IMG/VR virus record: IMGVR_UViG_3300043120_000039
Location: 32,001-96,000 of that record
From: a virus
Lineage: Duplodnaviria > Caudoviricetes
Strand: one strand, 5' to 3'
Length of the DNA: 64,000 bases
Part shown: piece by piece, positions 28,280-39,750 of the stretch
How positions within the stretch are numbered: position 1 is the first letter of the stretch
Layout: the number at the start of each line of letters is the position of its first letter
The notes under the pieces: generated by a model
The model's input: the letters and a program-made list of their open reading frames with translations, nothing else
Told to the model about the DNA's origin: nothing
The model's database searches: none
Made by a program: the position numbers and the translations under genes

Positions 28280-29420
28280 CTATTCTCCCCTAATCTTCAA
28301 AGGTTTTGGTGGTGGAGGTGGTGCTTTAGCACGGGTATGTTCCTCTTTAAACTCACACTTTTCACAACCATTGAATTCTTTGCAACAACGTGATCCAATA
28401 CCAAAGAAGCTTTTAGGTACATTCTCATTTTTACACCAAGCACCTTTATCATTGTAAATACAATTTATGTTGATATTCATTCCCACTCCTTAATCTCATC
28501 TTCAATTTGTGCAGGAATCCATGTTGAATCCGATTCATCTCCTGCAAATCTCCACAAACCTTTATCGACACGATAGAATACAAACCTATCACCATTCCAG
28601 AAACGGAGTTTACGTTCTCCAAGTAATTGTGCCATATCACTGCCTCCAAGTCAAAGCTTCATTGTACATTTGCATTGCTTCAGTATCACCTTTGTTGGAG
28701 AGATATGTTACTAATGAACAAAATGCAATCATCCCTAACATTTTCAACATTTGGTAAAATACAAACATATTTACAAAAATAATCGTGAATAATATTACCA
28801 CACCTTTCCAATATTCTTCTGCAGGACTAACATGAATGCTATCACAAAAGTGATAAGTTACGGTAGTTAAGGTTGCAAGAAACAAATTTAAAATCAAACT
28901 TTCTCGATCATTCTTCCAACTCCATTGACGTTTAAACAATTCCCAAAAACTAAACTTTTCCATAATATTTCTCCTAATAAAATTAAACCAGACATGCTAA
29001 GATTAACACATCTGGATATATTGTCAACTAGTTTTCAATAATTTCAAATACTAAGTATTGTAGCATCTCAATGTCGCCATGAAGAATGTCATATTGTTCC
29101 AAAGTTAAACCTTCTGAGTAACGTGTCATTGTGTCCTTCAAATCAGCAAGCTTTTCTGAAACTTCTTTTAATTTAGTAAGTTTCATGTTTTCTCTGTCCG
29201 AATAAACTTCCACAACTTCATATACATCTTGGTCATCGAATTTCAAAGGTACATGCGTTGGTGCCATAATATACTTCTTAAATTGTAATTCGATAGGTAC
29301 ATTAAAACGACTACGTTTCCAAGCTGATTTTGCATCACTAGCTTTGTTCCAACTACTTTTACCTGAATCAGCTACCCACTGTTGCAAAGTGTCTTTGTTA
29401 CGAATTATGAATGTGCTCAT
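28280..29420 (-). CDS. small hypothetical ORFs (28280-28486 Cys/Pro-rich; 28637-28963 membrane; 29028-29420)
   Basis: co-oriented ORFs with SD. Confidence 0.55.
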
Positions 29421-29422
29421 AT

Positions 29423-30703
29423 TTACTTCTCCTTTCTAATAGTACAATTGTTTGATGAACCAAGAACCATTTCAAATCCCTGCTTCATTACTTCTCGCAA
29501 CTTATCCTCTATAACATAAGGTGCTATAAACTCATCGAATACTTGTACAACTAAATAATCAGTATTCTGTAAGAAGTAGTTCATAACATAGTCATTAATC
29601 AACCCTCCTGCATATTGTAATTCGTAACCAAAATTACAATAGAAACAGTCACGTATTTGATAGTGAACTTCTTCTAACTTATCTAGTATTACTTTCGTTG
29701 GAAATACAGGGCAGTAGAGTTTACCGGATTCGTAGAGTGCTTCTGCATCATAAGTTTTACGTAATGCTGATATAAGAGCTTTATCTGCTTGTTCATAAGA
29801 TTCAGTGTTGAACATGATAAGCAGTGCTTTCTTGGCAACATCTCTCATAATACTTTTATCTATACCAAAAATTTCTATATCATAAGGGTCTTCCATAGGT
29901 TTGGTTAGGTGTAACATTTGGTAAGCAATAGACGGTTCAAAACCTTTGTAATCCAACCTAACCACATTGTATTCATCTATAATCAGCTTACTACGGTCTT
30001 CTTTAGACAACTGTTGAATACTTCCACCCTGCATATATGTTCTTCCACCTTTTGTTAAGGTTTCATTGTAAACTTTATAACTTTGTACATCAAATTGAAT
30101 ATCATCTAAAGATATGGTATGGGATAGAGACCTTGTATTGTAATCTTGTAAATACCCACGAACCTCTTGTTTATGTGTGTTCATCTTAAAAGTCTTCTCC
30201 TTACCATCTTTATCTCTAAGAAATAATACATTCATCATAGGATCTTGTCCAAAAGTATTTTCATAGTTCATATAGAGTTCAATTAGTTTTGTTTCAGCAA
30301 CAGCGTACGAAGGATGTGTATCAACAGGTCTCCATTTACCATCTACATAACCCCAACCCTCATAGCCACCTTTAACTACATCAATATAGCTTTCATGATA
30401 TAAGAAGTCAAATAATTTCATGGTGTATGTATAGCTAATCTTTCTCTTGGTGTCACGACCATTAACAATAACATGTTTACTATAGTGATTCTGGTTTAAG
30501 GTTAGAGGTATCTTACTCCTACCTTTTCTTATCGGATAGAATGAATTCAAGACCCAACACTTAACGACATTAGTTATCTTTTCTTCTCGACTACTGGTGA
30601 TATTTAGCATCTCATGATCAACAAGGTATTCAGTGAACTCCTGTACTAATACTTCAACAAGTCTATTAAACCCTTTATTAATATTATAATCTAATTGATA
30701 CAT
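29423..30703 (-). CDS. PolA/T7-RNAP-superfamily palm-domain protein (paralog 2)
   Basis: GGRTY, RLDYKGFEP, RDVAKKALLIMFN, VQVFDEF; collinear with 979-2643. Confidence 0.65.
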   Translation of the reverse strand: MYQLDYNINKGFNRLVEVLVQEFTEYLVDHEMLNITSSREEKITNVVKCWVLNSFYPIRKGRSKIPLTLNQNHYSKHVIVNGRDTKRKISYTYTMKLFDFLYHESYIDVVKGGYEGWGYVDGKWRPVDTHPSYAVAETKLIELYMNYENTFGQDPMMNVLFLRDKDGKEKTFKMNTHKQEVRGYLQDYNTRSLSHTISLDDIQFDVQSYKVYNETLTKGGRTYMQGGSIQQLSKEDRSKLIIDEYNVVRLDYKGFEPSIAYQMLHLTKPMEDPYDIEIFGIDKSIMRDVAKKALLIMFNTESYEQADKALISALRKTYDAEALYESGKLYCPVFPTKVILDKLEEVHYQIRDCFYCNFGYELQYAGGLINDYVMNYFLQNTDYLVVQVFDEFIAPYVIEDKLREVMKQGFEMVLGSSNNCTIRKEK

Positions 30704-31424
30704 TATACTCCTCTTTTAAGTGTATCATGGGGAACACCCTACTGTTAGTATTGAAAATTTATAAAATAATACATAAAATCTCCTATAACTCTATGAATCA
30801 TAAGAGAAATTTTGTATGTTATAGGAGGAAACAGCGTGTACCACAGGTGTTATTTTGTTAATTCACGTTCCCCTCTAACCAGACATAAGCAATAGTATTC
30901 TTCTTCATCACCACGCTTTTTAGCCCTGTACATACGCTTAGTAATATTACTTTGTGATAACTCCAATGAACGTAAGAAATTTAAACGTTCGTGATTAATT
31001 TCAATGTTATTCATAAACCCTCTCGAATACTTTGACCTATACCTAATTATACACTATTTACATCCTACATGTCAATTATCATGGACAGATAGTCAATAAT
31101 TAAAACCAAAATAACCTACTCACAAATCCACACAAATAAACTCCAATCAAGATTAATAACTTATAATCAAAAGGTTTACTCTCACTAGAAGGAACATCAT
31201 CTTTGACATAGCGCACACCAATTGGTGGTGCAGGAGGTTTTGATTTTAATTGATTTTTCATTTAGAACCTCTGAACAGTCTTTCTGGCCTTTTAACAATA
31301 GTGTCATTATCTTCTACAGTAACCCACCACCAATCACTAAAATCATTAACCCTCCGAATTAAGGTGTACTTCTCTTTTGTATGAATGTCATAGACTACTT
31401 GGTCTTGTATATAGGAATTACTGC

Positions 31425-32314
31425 TCATAAGTTCATCTCCTCTAAAGTATAAACATAGTCAACAATATCCTGCACAGAAATATTACTGTCTTTCCAAGAC
31501 TTACAACGGCTACCTTCACCTGAATCCGCAAGGTTTTGATTAGTTTGATTATGTTTATTCTCAAAATTCTTCAACATTTTAACAATCTGATACGTCTCAG
31601 GAAATTTATCCATCATCTTCTGAACATCAGGATGTGGTGGAGCTGGATAAGGTGTTTTCATAATTATACTCCCTTAGTTAATCTTAGTTTACCAATAAAA
31701 CCTTTAGCAATATTAAAGAAGCTGTGAGTTTTCTTATTCTTGCTATGTTCTTTCTCTAAGGTAAGCATACATGACTTAATAGCATAATCCCAACCTTTCT
31801 GGAATTGTTTATACCGTTCTTCGGCGCGCTGGATACCTTCTTTTGTCATAGGTAACATATGTGCCTCTGATCTACGCCATGCATGATAACATGCACTCTC
31901 GCCTTCTTCTTTATCAAAATTATCCATTACTTTCCTCCATATCTTCAATCTCAAAACAATCAATAAATGCAAACTTTCCATCATCTGCAAGAAACTCTTT
32001 CAAGTAAGTAATAATGTCACCATCATAATACTTCTGCAGAGATTCCTCATCAATAAAGAAGCCTTTGCTGTAAGATAATTTTAGGTTAATGTAATCTTTG
32101 CTCACTTAATCATCCTCCAAATAATAGTATCTACAATTTCAACAATTTCTTCATCTTCCAGAATGTCTGGCATACTAGTATCATACTCTGAAAGGTACAA
32201 CCCACTTTCTGTCCAAACTTCTTCATCCAAAAGGTATTCTCCATAGAAGTGTGCTGTTGTGTCATCTTCATAGAAATTACCTTGCCATAAATGTTCATAT
32301 TTAGATTTACTCAT
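31425..32314 (-). CDS. four small hypothetical ORFs (31425-31661, 31664-~31927, 31920-32105, 32102-32314)
   Basis: overlapping co-oriented ORFs with SD. Confidence 0.55.
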
Positions 32315-32352
32315 ACATACCTCCAGTGTAAGTATAATACTTCTCAGACAAC

Positions 32353-32435
32353 GTGTAAAGCTTGTGGTAAGGTTTTAACCTCTAAGATGATAAACTACCT
32401 TAGTTAATATTAATTCTTCACCACAGAGCTTACAG
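32353..32435. repeat. dispersed ~83-bp element, copy 4
   Basis: arms TGTAAAGCTTGTGGTAAG / CTTCACCACAGAGCTTACA form an imperfect inverted repeat; core AGGTTTTAACCTCTAAGATGATAA..CCTTAGT. Confidence 0.6.
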
Positions 32436-32470
32436 ATACTATCTAAAGCTACATACTATGTCCTTACGGA

Positions 32471-32635
32471 TTAATCTTCAAGATTATACTGCACCCAACA
32501 AATTTCCTCTTGCTCAGAAGGACTCAGAATTGTGAAAGGTACTTTCTTAAAGTGATAAGGTTGGTCTTGTTCTTTGATGAACCAACCAATATGATGCTCA
32601 CGACCTTTATCATTTTTATTCCAGACTTCAAATAA
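32471..32635 (-). pseudogene. start-less 3' gene fragment abutting the TnpB right end
   Basis: 54 open codons LFEVWNK...ILSPSEQEEICWVQYNLED preceded by an in-frame TAG; C-terminus resembles 33932-34144. Confidence 0.5.
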
Positions 32636-32716
32636 CTAAATGTGCAACAAGTGCAACATATTCACACCAAGGTGTGCATTTTATAGTGACGCTGTTATCT
32701 GTCGCCACTGAAAACA
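32636..32716 (-). ncRNA. predicted TnpB omega/reRNA scaffold (3' part)
   Basis: three consecutive hairpins directly after the tnpB stop (AGUGGCG/CGUCACU, CACAC/GUGUG, UGCA/UGCA). Confidence 0.6.
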
Positions 32717-33829
32717 TTATAGTTGTTTCAAACATTCTGTCAAGATATTTCTTGCAGCATTCAAATCTCTATCTATACTAGAACCACAATCACAACTGTA
32801 TGTTCTATCTGACAGTTTTAAGTCTTCCTTGATGTTACCACAAACACTACACAGTTTGCTTGAAGGGAAGTATTGGTCAACAAACAATACTTTACATCCT
32901 CTTAAGAAGGATTTATACTCCAATTGTCTACATAACTCGTACATACCAACATCAGAGATCATACGTGATAAATTCTTGTTACCATTCTCAAGCATACCTT
33001 TGACATCTAAGTCTTCCATGCAAATTATTTCATATTCTGATGTCAAGTAGTCACTTACTGAATGTAACAATGATTTACGTTGTTGTGCAACATAGAAATG
33101 TAGTTTACTAATATTTTGCTTGGTTTTCGCTCTACGATTACTACCTTTCTTTTGCTTTGCAAGTCTTTGTTGCAATTTAGCTAGTTTACTTAATTGTTTA
33201 GAAAGTCTATTAGATTTTCCAATACATACACCTTCAGACGTGGTAACTAATGCCTTGATACCCAAATCTATACCAACATGTTTATTGCTTGTAGGTTGTT
33301 TAAGATTATACCCAGACTCTACTTCTACCAACACAGATGCAAACCATTTACCACCTGTTTTACTAATTGTCAATTGTTTAGGTTTACCTGTAAATCGAAG
33401 TTTTTCTCGTAAAGATATAGGAGGTAGACTCTTAACTTTATTGAATTTCTCTATACGAAGTTCTCTGCCGACAACAGAGAATTTAGGTGATTGAGAGATT
33501 CTAAAGGAATCTTTGATGCCCTTCTTCTTAAACTTAGGAAACCCTTTCTTATTTTTAAAGAAACCTTTAAAAGCATTTTCAAGATTGTCAATAGTAGATT
33601 GGAAGATCTCTGTACTTAACTCGTTGTACCAAGTAAACTCATTACGACTACTGTAATAAAACTCTCTCGCAGATTTCTTCGAAAACTTATTCTCTTTATT
33701 CGAGAAATGTGCAACCATGTTATTCCATAAATGACGGGAACTACCACAAGCACTTTCAAAGAATTGTTCTTGCTCAAGTGTTGGACGTATCTCTATCTTG
33801 TGTGCTAACAACATTATAAAATTCCCCAT
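32717..33829 (-). mobile_element. tnpB: TnpB RNA-guided nuclease (IS200/605/IS607 family), no adjacent transposase
   Basis: HTH N-terminus, GFPKFKKK, RuvC GIDLG / MEDL / DRDLNAA intact, CxxC..CxC zinc ribbon. Confidence 0.95.
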
Positions 33830-33879
33830 TTAAATATAATTGCAAATCCGCTTCCGTATAATACCTTCTATTGGTTGGT

Positions 33880-33931
33880 GTCCTACGAGCTTTAAATATA
33901 CTAACTCTTCTCTAAAGCGATTACAGAAGCT
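33880..33931. repeat. half copy (right arm) of the 83-bp element
   Basis: AATATACTAACTCTTCTCTAAAGCGATTACAG. Confidence 0.45.
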
Positions 33932-34678
33932 TTAATAGTATTCTCTCAATAGCCAGCAAAGTTGTTCCTCTTCTTCTGTAGAGAGTCGGATTGGTAAACG
34001 CACAAATCCAACCTGTTGCTTCTCACGTTCAAACTTTGCAAGACCTTCTGAGTTTACAACAATCTTACCTAATTTACGATGTGTAAAACTATCTAAGTCT
34101 ATAATATTCAATTCTTTATCAACTTTTAATGTAGTCATAATCAATCTCCTTAGTGTATAGTTTTACATGCATCGTAAAGATAATAGTTTCCATTTGAAGC
34201 AATTCCAGCTTCAAGTTCCATTTTAAGATGTTCCAAGCACATGTCAAGATCAAAGTTGCTTAAATATTCTTCATTAAGATTAATGTTGACTTCAATAGGG
34301 TAATCAAACAATTCAGAATAGAGTACCAGATCTAGACTTTCAAAAATACCAGAAGCATCTTCGTATTCACCAAGCTTGATTTCAACACTAAAACATTGTA
34401 TCTCATTCTTGATACGACCAAGTAGTAAGTAAATTTGTTGCATTTCTTTCATAGGTTAATCCTTATAATTTGGTTAGTTTAGAGTAATTCGGAAAACTTC
34501 TCCAAGTACACCATTGCTCATCTGGGTAATCTTCATCAGCATACCAATCGAGTGTATCGTAACTTCCAAAACTATTGTCAACATTGCGATAGAATACCAC
34601 ATGGCTTTTAAACTTTCGGTAATGTGTTGCACCTTGTGGTGGATTGTTAATCATCTTAATAAAAGTTTCTTTCTTCAT
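33932..34678 (-). CDS. three small hypothetical ORFs (33932-34144, 34150-34452, 34463-34678)
   Basis: co-oriented ORFs with SD. Confidence 0.6.
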
Positions 34679-34706
34679 AACTATCTCCTTTTCAAAATTT
34701 ACCTTA

Positions 34707-34797
34707 ATCTTAGCAAACAGAATCTTGTTGTCAATAAGTATTTTGTAGAAAATTTATCATAGGTAAAGGTTGACTTTGGTGAGAGAGGTGGTATGAT
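34707..34797. promoter_or_regulatory. divergent sigma70 promoters at the strand switch
   Basis: minus TTGACA..TGC-TAAGAT (34707-34734); plus TTGACT..TGG-TATGAT (34770-34797). Confidence 0.7.
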
Positions 34798-34806
34798 TGA
34801 GGAAAT

Positions 34807-36557
34807 TTGTATATGGAGGGTTTTATGAAGAGGAATAACAAGAGGTTGAAAGCTGCTAAGAGAATTATTCATGAAGAATACATTGATAAGTATGCTGAAA
34901 GAGGTATGTCTAAAAGCAGAATCTACAAAGAAATAAGTTTTAGATTAGGTTATGAATTCCACTGCGCAGATATGACACATGATACAGATTTTGACTATGT
35001 AGTTAGTGTTGTAAAAAGTGTAATAGAAGATTTACATGTAGAATATATGAGGAATTATTAAGGATAAGATCATGTTGGATGAAAAACAAGCTATTAAATT
35101 TTGGAATAATATTGCAAGAGGTGAGGTTATTGGTTACATTCCAGATTCACAACAGTATCAAGGTGATTATCTAACAAAACCTACATACTTAAGCACTATC
35201 TGTGATCAATTTGAATTACCTACACTTATTGTGCCTTACACAAGTCACTTTGGTGCTGGATACGGGTGTGCACCAACAAGTCATAAACCTAATAAAGATG
35301 AATGTTACAGAGTTGCTAATTTCTTGAGAAACTTAGCTGACAGTATTGAAAGTGCTGGAGAGTAGTTTATGACCTCAGAAAGATATGATAAGCGTCACAA
35401 AGAATTGTGGAAACTTATGTGCACTTATGATGATGAAGATAACAATAATCATCAAGTAATATCCTACTTCTGCAAGAGAAATCGTGGTGATGCAGAAGAT
35501 GTTGGTAAAATAGTCCTAGAGGCTCCTGTGATTGAATATAAGCACCTTTTCAAGACAAGTGAAGCAAGACTACTGCTTAAGAATAAATACTCTCAGAAAC
35601 GCTTCTGGGAAGGAAATACACATACTTGCAATGTCATTGCTAATTTAGAACATTATCTAAGGCAGGCAGAAGATGAATGCTGTGGCAAAATATTATTGAC
35701 AAGCGAAGAAATTGCGTCTATTCTTGGAAAGAAATCTAAACGTTGAGGAGAAAACTTAATATGATTAAAACTTATATTACACTTGACAAGGCTATTGCAA
35801 ATGTAGAATACTTTACAACACCAAACAAGAAGGGTAAGACAAAATTAGATACTTGTGAAACAGGATTTACTTGTTATGCAAACAGTTTGCATGTTGTAAA
35901 AGACTATGCTTGTAATGGTAAACTGTCTGTTCCAACACAAGCAGAGAAAGCACAAAAAGTTTTGGATAAATTAGGGGGTAAGTAATGAAGAAGTATGAAA
36001 ATTGTATTGGTTACGTAGAAGGTGTAAATCCTTCACCTACAAACAAAGTAACTTTTAGTATTATTGAACTATTTGGAGAAACACCTGTACATCCAGATAA
36101 GTTTGAAAAGTTGGATCCACGATTAAAGTGGTTCGGCATTTGTAAAGAAAGTAAAAGTTTTTGTGTAGGTTGTGGTACACTTACGCCACATATTCCTTAT
36201 GAACATCACACAGAATGTGGACATTATCTATCAAAAGAATATTGTCAAGAAATGGAAGTTTATAAAATTAAATGTATGGGCACTGAAAAGCAACGTTCCC
36301 AGCCACTTAAGGTTGAATTAAAGAGTGGTAAACTTTTGATTTCAATTGGTATTGACAACCTTGCATATGCCGTAAGTCATTCTGATAATTGGAACGAAGA
36401 AGATAAGATTGTTGATACATATGAGTTTGCAAGAGATATTAAGACTACAATTTCAGATGATGGAGGTGAAGGAACAATTTACCATCTGTTTGATATGGCA
36501 GCAATTGAAGCAGCAGAACATGGAAGTCTTGGTGTAGAATTTGGAGAGGATAAATAA
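34807..36557 (+). CDS. five hypothetical ORFs (34807-35061, 35072-35365, 35369-35746, 35743-35985, 35985-36557)
   Basis: tightly packed co-oriented ORFs. Confidence 0.6.
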
Positions 36558-36880
36558 TGCCGGCTATTAAATCTGATGGAGGAAGTTCTTCATATTACGA
36601 TATTGAGATTCCAGAGTGGCTATTGGAAAAACTTAATGCACGTAACATGGATGGTAAATGTTTTATCAAAACAGAAGAGATTAATGAAATTTTAGGTAAT
36701 GATTTCAATTATTCTACCATTTTCAAGAGTATGGTTCGAGCTATCTCTATTGAGAATGGTATTGGTAAGGCAGGGAATACACATAGTTATGAGTGCAACA
36801 AGGTTCGATATTATATTGACCGTGTAGAAGATAAATTTAACCGAGGTAAATCTAATGCAGAAGAAAAAGATTGCAGTTGA
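36557..36880 (+). CDS. DUF3310/T7 gp1.7-like protein
   Basis: SDGGSSSYY, F....IFK...R...GK.G....Y..NK..YY. Confidence 0.55.
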   Translation: MPAIKSDGGSSSYYDIEIPEWLLEKLNARNMDGKCFIKTEEINEILGNDFNYSTIFKSMVRAISIENGIGKAGNTHSYECNKVRYYIDRVEDKFNRGKSNAEEKDCS

Positions 36881-37457
36881 CATCGACTTAGTTTGCACAG
36901 AAGATTTGGGGAATCGATGGTGGGATTATTTGGTGATGCTTTGGAAAGATCATCTGACAGATGATAATTATTACCAATTCGTCAAGGATTATGAAAATGG
37001 TTGTGCAGAATATAATCTGACAAAATACTTCAATCTACCAGATTATGCAGACCCTATGCTGTTCTGGAAACAAGATAACCTTTATGATGAAGAACCTCTT
37101 GCAGAAGGTTGTTATGAAGTCGTCAAGAATTTATGGCAAGCAGGTTTTGAGATTTACTTTATTAGTGTAACAGAACCAGCACATATGCAAAGCAAGAAAG
37201 ATTACCTTGCACGAAGTTTTGATTTTATGGATAATATCAATTTTGTTGCAACAGATGCTAAGGATTGTATGGATGGTTGTTTTGCAATAGTAGATGACCG
37301 TCTAGATAATCTTAACGGATTTGAGAATAATGATACTCTTCGAATTTTATTTGACACACCATATAAACAGGATGTAGAATCAACACAAGATTACAAACTT
37401 GCTAAGAATTGGCAGGATGTAGAAGATTTTATTTGCCAGAGAATGGAGGCACTATGA
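36855..37457 (+). CDS. 5'(3')-deoxyribonucleotidase (NT5C, HAD family)
   Basis: IAVDIDLV, K..YL...F, IVDDR, LFDTPY. Confidence 0.8.
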   Translation: MQKKKIAVDIDLVCTEDLGNRWWDYLVMLWKDHLTDDNYYQFVKDYENGCAEYNLTKYFNLPDYADPMLFWKQDNLYDEEPLAEGCYEVVKNLWQAGFEIYFISVTEPAHMQSKKDYLARSFDFMDNINFVATDAKDCMDGCFAIVDDRLDNLNGFENNDTLRILFDTPYKQDVESTQDYKLAKNWQDVEDFICQRMEAL

Positions 37458-37623
37458 AACGAGTAATGATTACAGATCCTGTGTATGAAGGTATGACTGG
37501 AGAAGTGGTATCAGTTTGCACAGATGGACAACATCCTATGGCAAAAATTAAACTTGATGCAGATGGAAGCTTTTTGTTTCTATTTCTAGATGAATTTGTT
37601 GATATTAAAGAGGAGAATATTTA

Positions 37624-38742
37624 ATGAAAGCACGTACTATTGAGAAAACAATTAAAGAGAAAGTTCTAGATTGGATGAATTCACTTCCTGTAGAACTACA
37701 AGAATATGTTGGTAGCAAAGTTGTTGTAACAGGTGGGAGTATTGCATCTATGTTCCTAAAAGAACCTGTGAATGACTATGACATCTATTTTAAGAATATT
37801 AAAGCAGCTATGATGGTAACACGTCATTACTGTCAAGAATGGATTACCAAAAACAATGAAGCTTCCAAAGCAGGCCATGTTAGTAAATCAATTGTACCTA
37901 AATTACGTCTAACCTTTTCAGAAGATCTAGGTGCGGATAAGAAAGGTAATATTGCAGCAATTTTTACACACAAAGAGTCAAACACTCATTACCCTAATGG
38001 TAAGATGGTAATTCACCCAGAAGATGACGGCCTGAACACACTATTTGATTCTGCAAATTACTGGTCAGAAGTAGAACGTGTTGAAATCTTTATTCAGAGT
38101 GCTGGTATGGTGGGTGAAAACCCCGACGAAGAGTATGACTATTTTGAAAGTTGTGAACCGCAAGCTGCAGAAGATTACATTGATAAAACTATTATGTCAG
38201 AAGATGCGTTGGAATCTAAATGTGATAAGTACCGCATTGTGTTTATGTCAAGTAATGCTATTACTCTGAGTGACCGTGTTCAACTCGTAATTCGATTCTT
38301 TGGTGAACCAAGTAAAATTCATGATACATATGACTTTATCCATGCGACAAACTATTGGACAATGAAAGAAGGTCTTGTTACAAACACTAAAGCTCTTGAA
38401 GCTATTCTAGCTAAAGAATTAGTTTACAGTGGAAGTAAATACCCTCTTGCAAGCATCTTCCGTACACGTAAATTCTTGAAACGTGAATGGACTTGTCATG
38501 TAGGTAACTATGTCAAAATGGCAATGCAGTTGAATGATATGGATTTGTGTGACCCAGAAGTTCTTGAAGAACAGTTGACAGGTGTAGATGCTGCATACCT
38601 ACATCAGATTATCCGAGCAGTTAAAGATAAGAAGAAAGATGATCCAACCTTCGAATTTAATTCAACTTACATTTGCACACTAGTAGACCGTATGATGGGT
38701 GTAACTGGTCAACAACCAGAAGATATTGAGGGTGTTCTATGA
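37624..38742 (+). CDS. Pol-beta-superfamily nucleotidyltransferase
   Basis: VTGGSIAS...NDYDIYF, NAITL, QLV, YDFIH. Confidence 0.8.
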   Translation: MKARTIEKTIKEKVLDWMNSLPVELQEYVGSKVVVTGGSIASMFLKEPVNDYDIYFKNIKAAMMVTRHYCQEWITKNNEASKAGHVSKSIVPKLRLTFSEDLGADKKGNIAAIFTHKESNTHYPNGKMVIHPEDDGLNTLFDSANYWSEVERVEIFIQSAGMVGENPDEEYDYFESCEPQAAEDYIDKTIMSEDALESKCDKYRIVFMSSNAITLSDRVQLVIRFFGEPSKIHDTYDFIHATNYWTMKEGLVTNTKALEAILAKELVYSGSKYPLASIFRTRKFLKREWTCHVGNYVKMAMQLNDMDLCDPEVLEEQLTGVDAAYLHQIIRAVKDKKKDDPTFEFNSTYICTLVDRMMGVTGQQPEDIEGVL

Positions 38743-38987
38743 TAACAAAAGAGTTAATCAACAAACTATTTGATGTTTGTGAAAAGTTAGATTTAGATTT
38801 CACAATATTTAATATAGGTCTGCACGAAGATAGTTTAGAAATTTATACTGCCGAGGAACATGATGAGTACCTTTATCATGGGTCTATGGGTGTTGAAGCT
38901 AAGTGTGAATCTGACATAACAGATTTTCTAAGATCAGTACGTGCCCAGAATAAATATTACAAGAATAAGGAGAACAACATTGACTAA
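38739..38987 (+). CDS. hypothetical protein
   Basis: ORF in operon. Confidence 0.55.
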   Translation: MITKELINKLFDVCEKLDLDFTIFNIGLHEDSLEIYTAEEHDEYLYHGSMGVEAKCESDITDFLRSVRAQNKYYKNKENNID

Positions 38988-39666
38988 AAAAGAACTAACA
39001 TTGGCAGACATTCTAGCCTTTCAAACAAAAGTTATTGATTGGAATCAGATTTTTGGTATTAATCCTGATTCAAAAGAGTATACAGGACTTTATCAACAAT
39101 TGACTTTTGAAGAATGTTTCAAGGAAAACGAGTTAGTAGAATCTATTGAGAAAGGTGATATGGTTGGAGTAGCAGATGCTTTGGCAGACAATCTATTCAC
39201 CTGTCTGCAGTGGGCTGTGCTTGATGGTAAGCCTCTAACGCTTGATGACAAGCAATGGTTTGACAGAGTTGTCAAAGGTAATGACATGAAAACTATTGCT
39301 CTTGAACAATACAAGGATGCTGTTGTCAATGGTGATTCATATAAAGCACAAACATCACTTTTGCACCTATTAGAAAGCTATTCAGATGTAATTGATATTA
39401 TTGGTGCATTCAATCGTGTGCACGAAAGTAACCTTTCTAAAGCTGTACATGAATCAAAAGATATTGACATTTCTGCAGAGATTGCTAATATTGAATCACA
39501 AGGTCGATATGGAGATGTAACTTGTGTGAAAAGTGGAGAATATTGGGTATTCAAAGCTGGACAAGATGTGAGAGATGCTGTAGTATTTGATAAACCAAAA
39601 GTGGTGAAAAGTAGTCACTTCCAAGATGTGAATAATCTTGGTGGATTAGGTCAATTCGTATATTAA
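38980..39666 (+). CDS. MazG-like NTP pyrophosphohydrolase
   Basis: EE....EL...D...VADALAD, RVHESNLSK, KVVKS. Confidence 0.78.
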   Translation: MTKKELTLADILAFQTKVIDWNQIFGINPDSKEYTGLYQQLTFEECFKENELVESIEKGDMVGVADALADNLFTCLQWAVLDGKPLTLDDKQWFDRVVKGNDMKTIALEQYKDAVVNGDSYKAQTSLLHLLESYSDVIDIIGAFNRVHESNLSKAVHESKDIDISAEIANIESQGRYGDVTCVKSGEYWVFKAGQDVRDAVVFDKPKVVKSSHFQDVNNLGGLGQFVY

Positions 39667-39750
39667 ATCTTGAGGATAATATATAAAATTACCTATGATA
39701 TACAACATAATTTAGAAACACAATATTTTATAAACTAAAGGAGAACAAAT

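Noticed and set aside
32581-33870. 11-bp inverted repeat ACCAACCAATA/TATTGGTTGGT flanking tnpB
   Set aside because: TnpB-family elements lack terminal inverted repeats, and one copy lies inside the gene fragment; probably chance.
32636-33931. IStron (group I intron plus TnpB)
   Set aside because: Only about 100 nt lie upstream of tnpB and no P/Q/R/S core is present.
33830-33934. Stop read-through of the 33932-34144 ORF (33 more open codons)
   Set aside because: Rare codons and overlap with the dispersed repeat; no read-through signal.
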